This document shows, piece after piece, positions 24,134-27,088 of a stretch of 27,088 nt of DNA. Each line of letters opens with the position of its first letter. The stretch's first letter is position 1. The notes beneath the pieces are model-generated. The model did no database searches and had not been told where the DNA came from. It worked only from the letters and a program-made list of their open reading frames with translations. The DNA is from Amoebidium appalachense. Lineage: Eukaryota; Protista; Ichthyosporea. Made by a program: the position numbers and the translations under genes. The stretch covers positions 1,221,671 to 1,248,758 of the forward strand of contig CAVNZM010000016.1 in assembly GCA_963693365.1 (NCBI GenBank). Reading direction: 5' to 3'.

Positions 24134-26598
24134 ATGGCGCAGGGATTACGGGGTAGGCAGCACAAAGGGCCCGGTGGCGTAACATTAACGGCCTTATCGC
24201 CGAATCAAGAAGCCTTGGCAGGGATTAAGTCACTCTCCGAAACTGAGGACGCAGAATCCTACGTCGTCACTCCTAATGAGGTAAGCGTTGCGCTTTGCAC
24301 TCACTACGCCTTTTCACATTATGAAGTGCCACTTGAATCTGTGTTTCTGTGTCTGCTCGAACGACAGGTTGCATATGTGCCACTGTTTTCGGGCCACCTA
24401 CCTATGATCCTATGAACAGCAAGGTACATTCTCATTAGGGGTTTGGGCTGGCGTGGGGTCACTCAGGTCGGTTGGAAGGAGGACCTCACAAGGAACCTGT
24501 TTGTTTTCCGCCGGCAAGTCCGGTTGCCGGAAAAGGCAATCAAACACGTGGGGGAGCTGGCTAGTAACCATCTTGCTCGGTCGGTTTTGGTGAACGAAAC
24601 GGTTGACGTCCACGATAACGATGGGACGCGTTTCTCTGTGCCTCTGACCTCGAAAGACCCTCTGTTGAAAACTTGGTTTGATAAGATCAGGCATATGCTG
24701 GGAGACCTTGGCCTACCATCCAATTTGAAGATAGCAGGTCTGGCAGTTATAGGTAGCAAGCCCAACGGTTCACCCCAGGTGTGCCACTGGGATCACAATG
24801 TCCCAGAGATATTGGAGAAACAAGCCCCATGCCAAGAACATACCGTGGTCAATGTTCTATCACATCGAGGATGGGGGTTCACTCATGTTATACGACGTCT
24901 CCCCGGGTGCACTACATATAACGGGAGCTAGACGCGTAAGTGGGTTCAAAAAACACGACCTGGTTCTTATGAGGGCAACACAGGCCCACGGGGGCGACCG
25001 TTACGAGCAAGAAAGCCTTCGTATTTTTGCATATTTGGACAATAAGATTTTCCCACGATCTGAAAACACGCTCTATGGCGTGATACAAGTACAAGTAACC
25101 TCCCCCCCCGCCCCCCTCCCCCCCCCCAATCACACACACACACACACACGACCTATAGCTCTCCCTCTCCCTCACCTCAGTTATTGCTATATTCAATGAC
25201 ATGCAGACAACAACACATTTGAACAGGATGTACAACACATACAATCACACATACAATCCCAAAAAAGGCATACAGTTAGTGTTAGCCAATGTAAGCCCCT
25301 TTGTGAGCGACTGCATGCCGTGGACGGTTGTGGATGCTGACAAAATTGTGTATGTGCAGGATGGGAAAAAACAAAAGAAACCCAGACAAACCAAAACGAA
25401 GAAGGACGACAGCAAGAAAGCCGCGAATGCCAGCAGTAAGAACCAAGGAGACAGACCTGCCACTCAGGATGTCAAGGGCGTCCAGGCGGTAGGGGCTGGT
25501 GCATTGGACACGCTACCACCTGGATTAGAGATGACACCACCGACTTCTTCATCAATGAAAAAGAGAGGCATGAATGCTCGCCTGGCGAAGGCATGCCCCC
25601 CCCCCCCCCCCCCCCCCCCCCGGAAACACCCCTGGAACCCCCCCTCCCCCCTCCCCCCCCCCCCCCCCCCGCCCCCCCTACCTCCCGATTAAAAAGAAAA
25701 ACGTTTGATGTGTTGCAACTATGACATTCGATATATGCGCAAAGTAAAAAACCGAATAGAACACAATTTTTTGGCTGTTAGATGAAGAAAACGATTTTTC
25801 GATCAGCATTAGGCACGATGGTAACAATATGTGATGTTTCAGGGCATAACGCTATGATGATAGAAGGACACATGCAGCCCCCCCCCCACCCCCACCCCCC
25901 ACCCCTCAGCCCCCACACCCCCCACCCCCCACCCCTCATCCCCCACCCCACCGACACAACCACCCAACGCCCCACACCCGGAAGCAAAAAAAAAAAAAAA
26001 AAAAAAAAAAACCCTAAAAAAAACAACAAAAAAAAAAAAAACACACATTTTTTTGACCGGTTGCCAAATCAGGTTGTCGATGCTGGCAACAAGAGGAAAA
26101 TGGATCCCACCATGGAACCGGAATCAACCGAGCCACCAGCCCCCAAGCGCCGTGCAACCAGCAAGGATGATGTGGGCGCGCATAAACAGTCCGACGGGTC
26201 TGGGGAAGAAAATGATACCGAGGCAGATGCCTTTGCCACTCCCCCAAAAAGGCGGCATAAAAAGGTTACCCCCCCCCCCCCCCCCCCCCCCCCCCCACAA
26301 ATCACACAAACACACACAAAAAAAAAAAAAAAAAAAAAAAAAAAAACACTAAAACAACCCTCTTTCAGTGGATCCTTATCTTTGGTTTTACTAGATGGGC
26401 TGTTTTAAGCATGAATCCAGCGTAAAGAAATAAGGAGGGAAACGAAGTAAAACCTTTTCCCGGGTATGCAGTTAATGGTGTCTAATAGAGAATCCCTCAC
26501 AGGACACAGAAGCGATAATGCGTAAGGTCAAGAGGGCAAAGGTTTTGTCGTCCAACACGTTCGAGAATCAAGAAGACAAGTCTTCTGCATACGCCATG
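24134..26598 (+). pseudogene. Multi-exon gene for a 2-oxoglutarate/Fe(II)-dependent dioxygenase (PhyH-like DSBH fold) with a low-complexity charged tail; one in-frame TGA and one frameshift; may continue to or past the window end
   Basis: Exons 24134-24280, 24368-25088 (or 25094), 25360-25590 (GC donor), possibly 25782-25820, 26073-26264 and 26503-26598, all phase 0. Motifs GSKPNGSPQVCHWDH (H 24785, D 24791), DLVLMRATQAHGG (H 24987) and SLRIFAYLD (R 25020). TGA at 24413-24415; frameshift at about 24815-24830. Confidence 0.75.
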
Positions 26599-26768
26599 GT
26601 ACCCCCCCGCCCCCCCCCCCCCCCCCCCTCCCCCTCTCTATAAATGTTGGCAAAATCCTTCACAAACACGAACCTCCAAAAAAACCACGTGCCCATACTG
26701 GACCTTGGACATGTTGTCTCATGTACTTGATGGCTAGAAGGGGGTGAAAGAGTTTGTGAATAAGTGAG

Positions 26769-26812
<44 letters not shown>

Positions 26813-26975
26813 GGGGAGAGGGTTAGCAAGAGTGTACGAGGAAGAGATAGCTAGGAAAAGGGAGTTAGTAAGAGAGTGTTAGGAACAACGAGAGGTTTAC
26901 AAGAGGGAGTGAGGGAGAGATGGTTAGGTCAAGACGGATAGGGAGGGGGGGCTAGGGAGAAGTTTGTGTGTGTGT

Positions 26976-27011
<36 letters not shown>

Positions 27012-27088
27012 GCACGTGTGTGTGCACGTGTGTGTCAGGCTGACCAACGCTCCCGCGGACACTGACGCGCCTCCAGCGGCCCATACCA

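Noticed and set aside
24368-25094. Calling the dioxygenase a TET/JBP enzyme
   Set aside because: The context of the HxD and distal His looks more PhyH-like, and TET/JBP membership cannot be supported without a profile search.

Overview
Eukaryotic, repeat-dense window made almost entirely of nested mobile elements; the organism cannot be determined from the sequence. Left to right: (1) a 569-bp TRIM (two 246-bp LTRs, 77-bp interior) inserted into the integrase of (2) a Ty3/Gypsy chromovirus 3' half, whose 3' LTR carries a 410-bp tandem duplication and abuts (3) a 5'-truncated non-LTR retrotransposon RT with a poly(A) tail; (4) a ~376-bp satellite; (5) three pieces of one tyrosine-recombinase retrotransposon with Ngaro-type split direct repeats (YR plus 3' end, a separate 5' end with the gag start, and an inverted 3' end); (6) a multi-exon minus-strand gene (19430 to 12766) that resembles an internally damaged DNA transposase-like gene; (7) a ~4.2-kb array of ~1-kb higher-order repeats; (8) a divergently oriented multi-exon gene encoding a 2OG-Fe(II) dioxygenase (HxD...H...R) with a long basic/acidic tail, interrupted by a stop and a frameshift. 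The most interesting hypothesis is that (6)-(8) form a large intron-containing DNA transposon carrying a nuclear dioxygenase cargo. Introns of both genes commonly have poly(C) tracts just after the donor. Family calls come from manual motif reading, not database searches.
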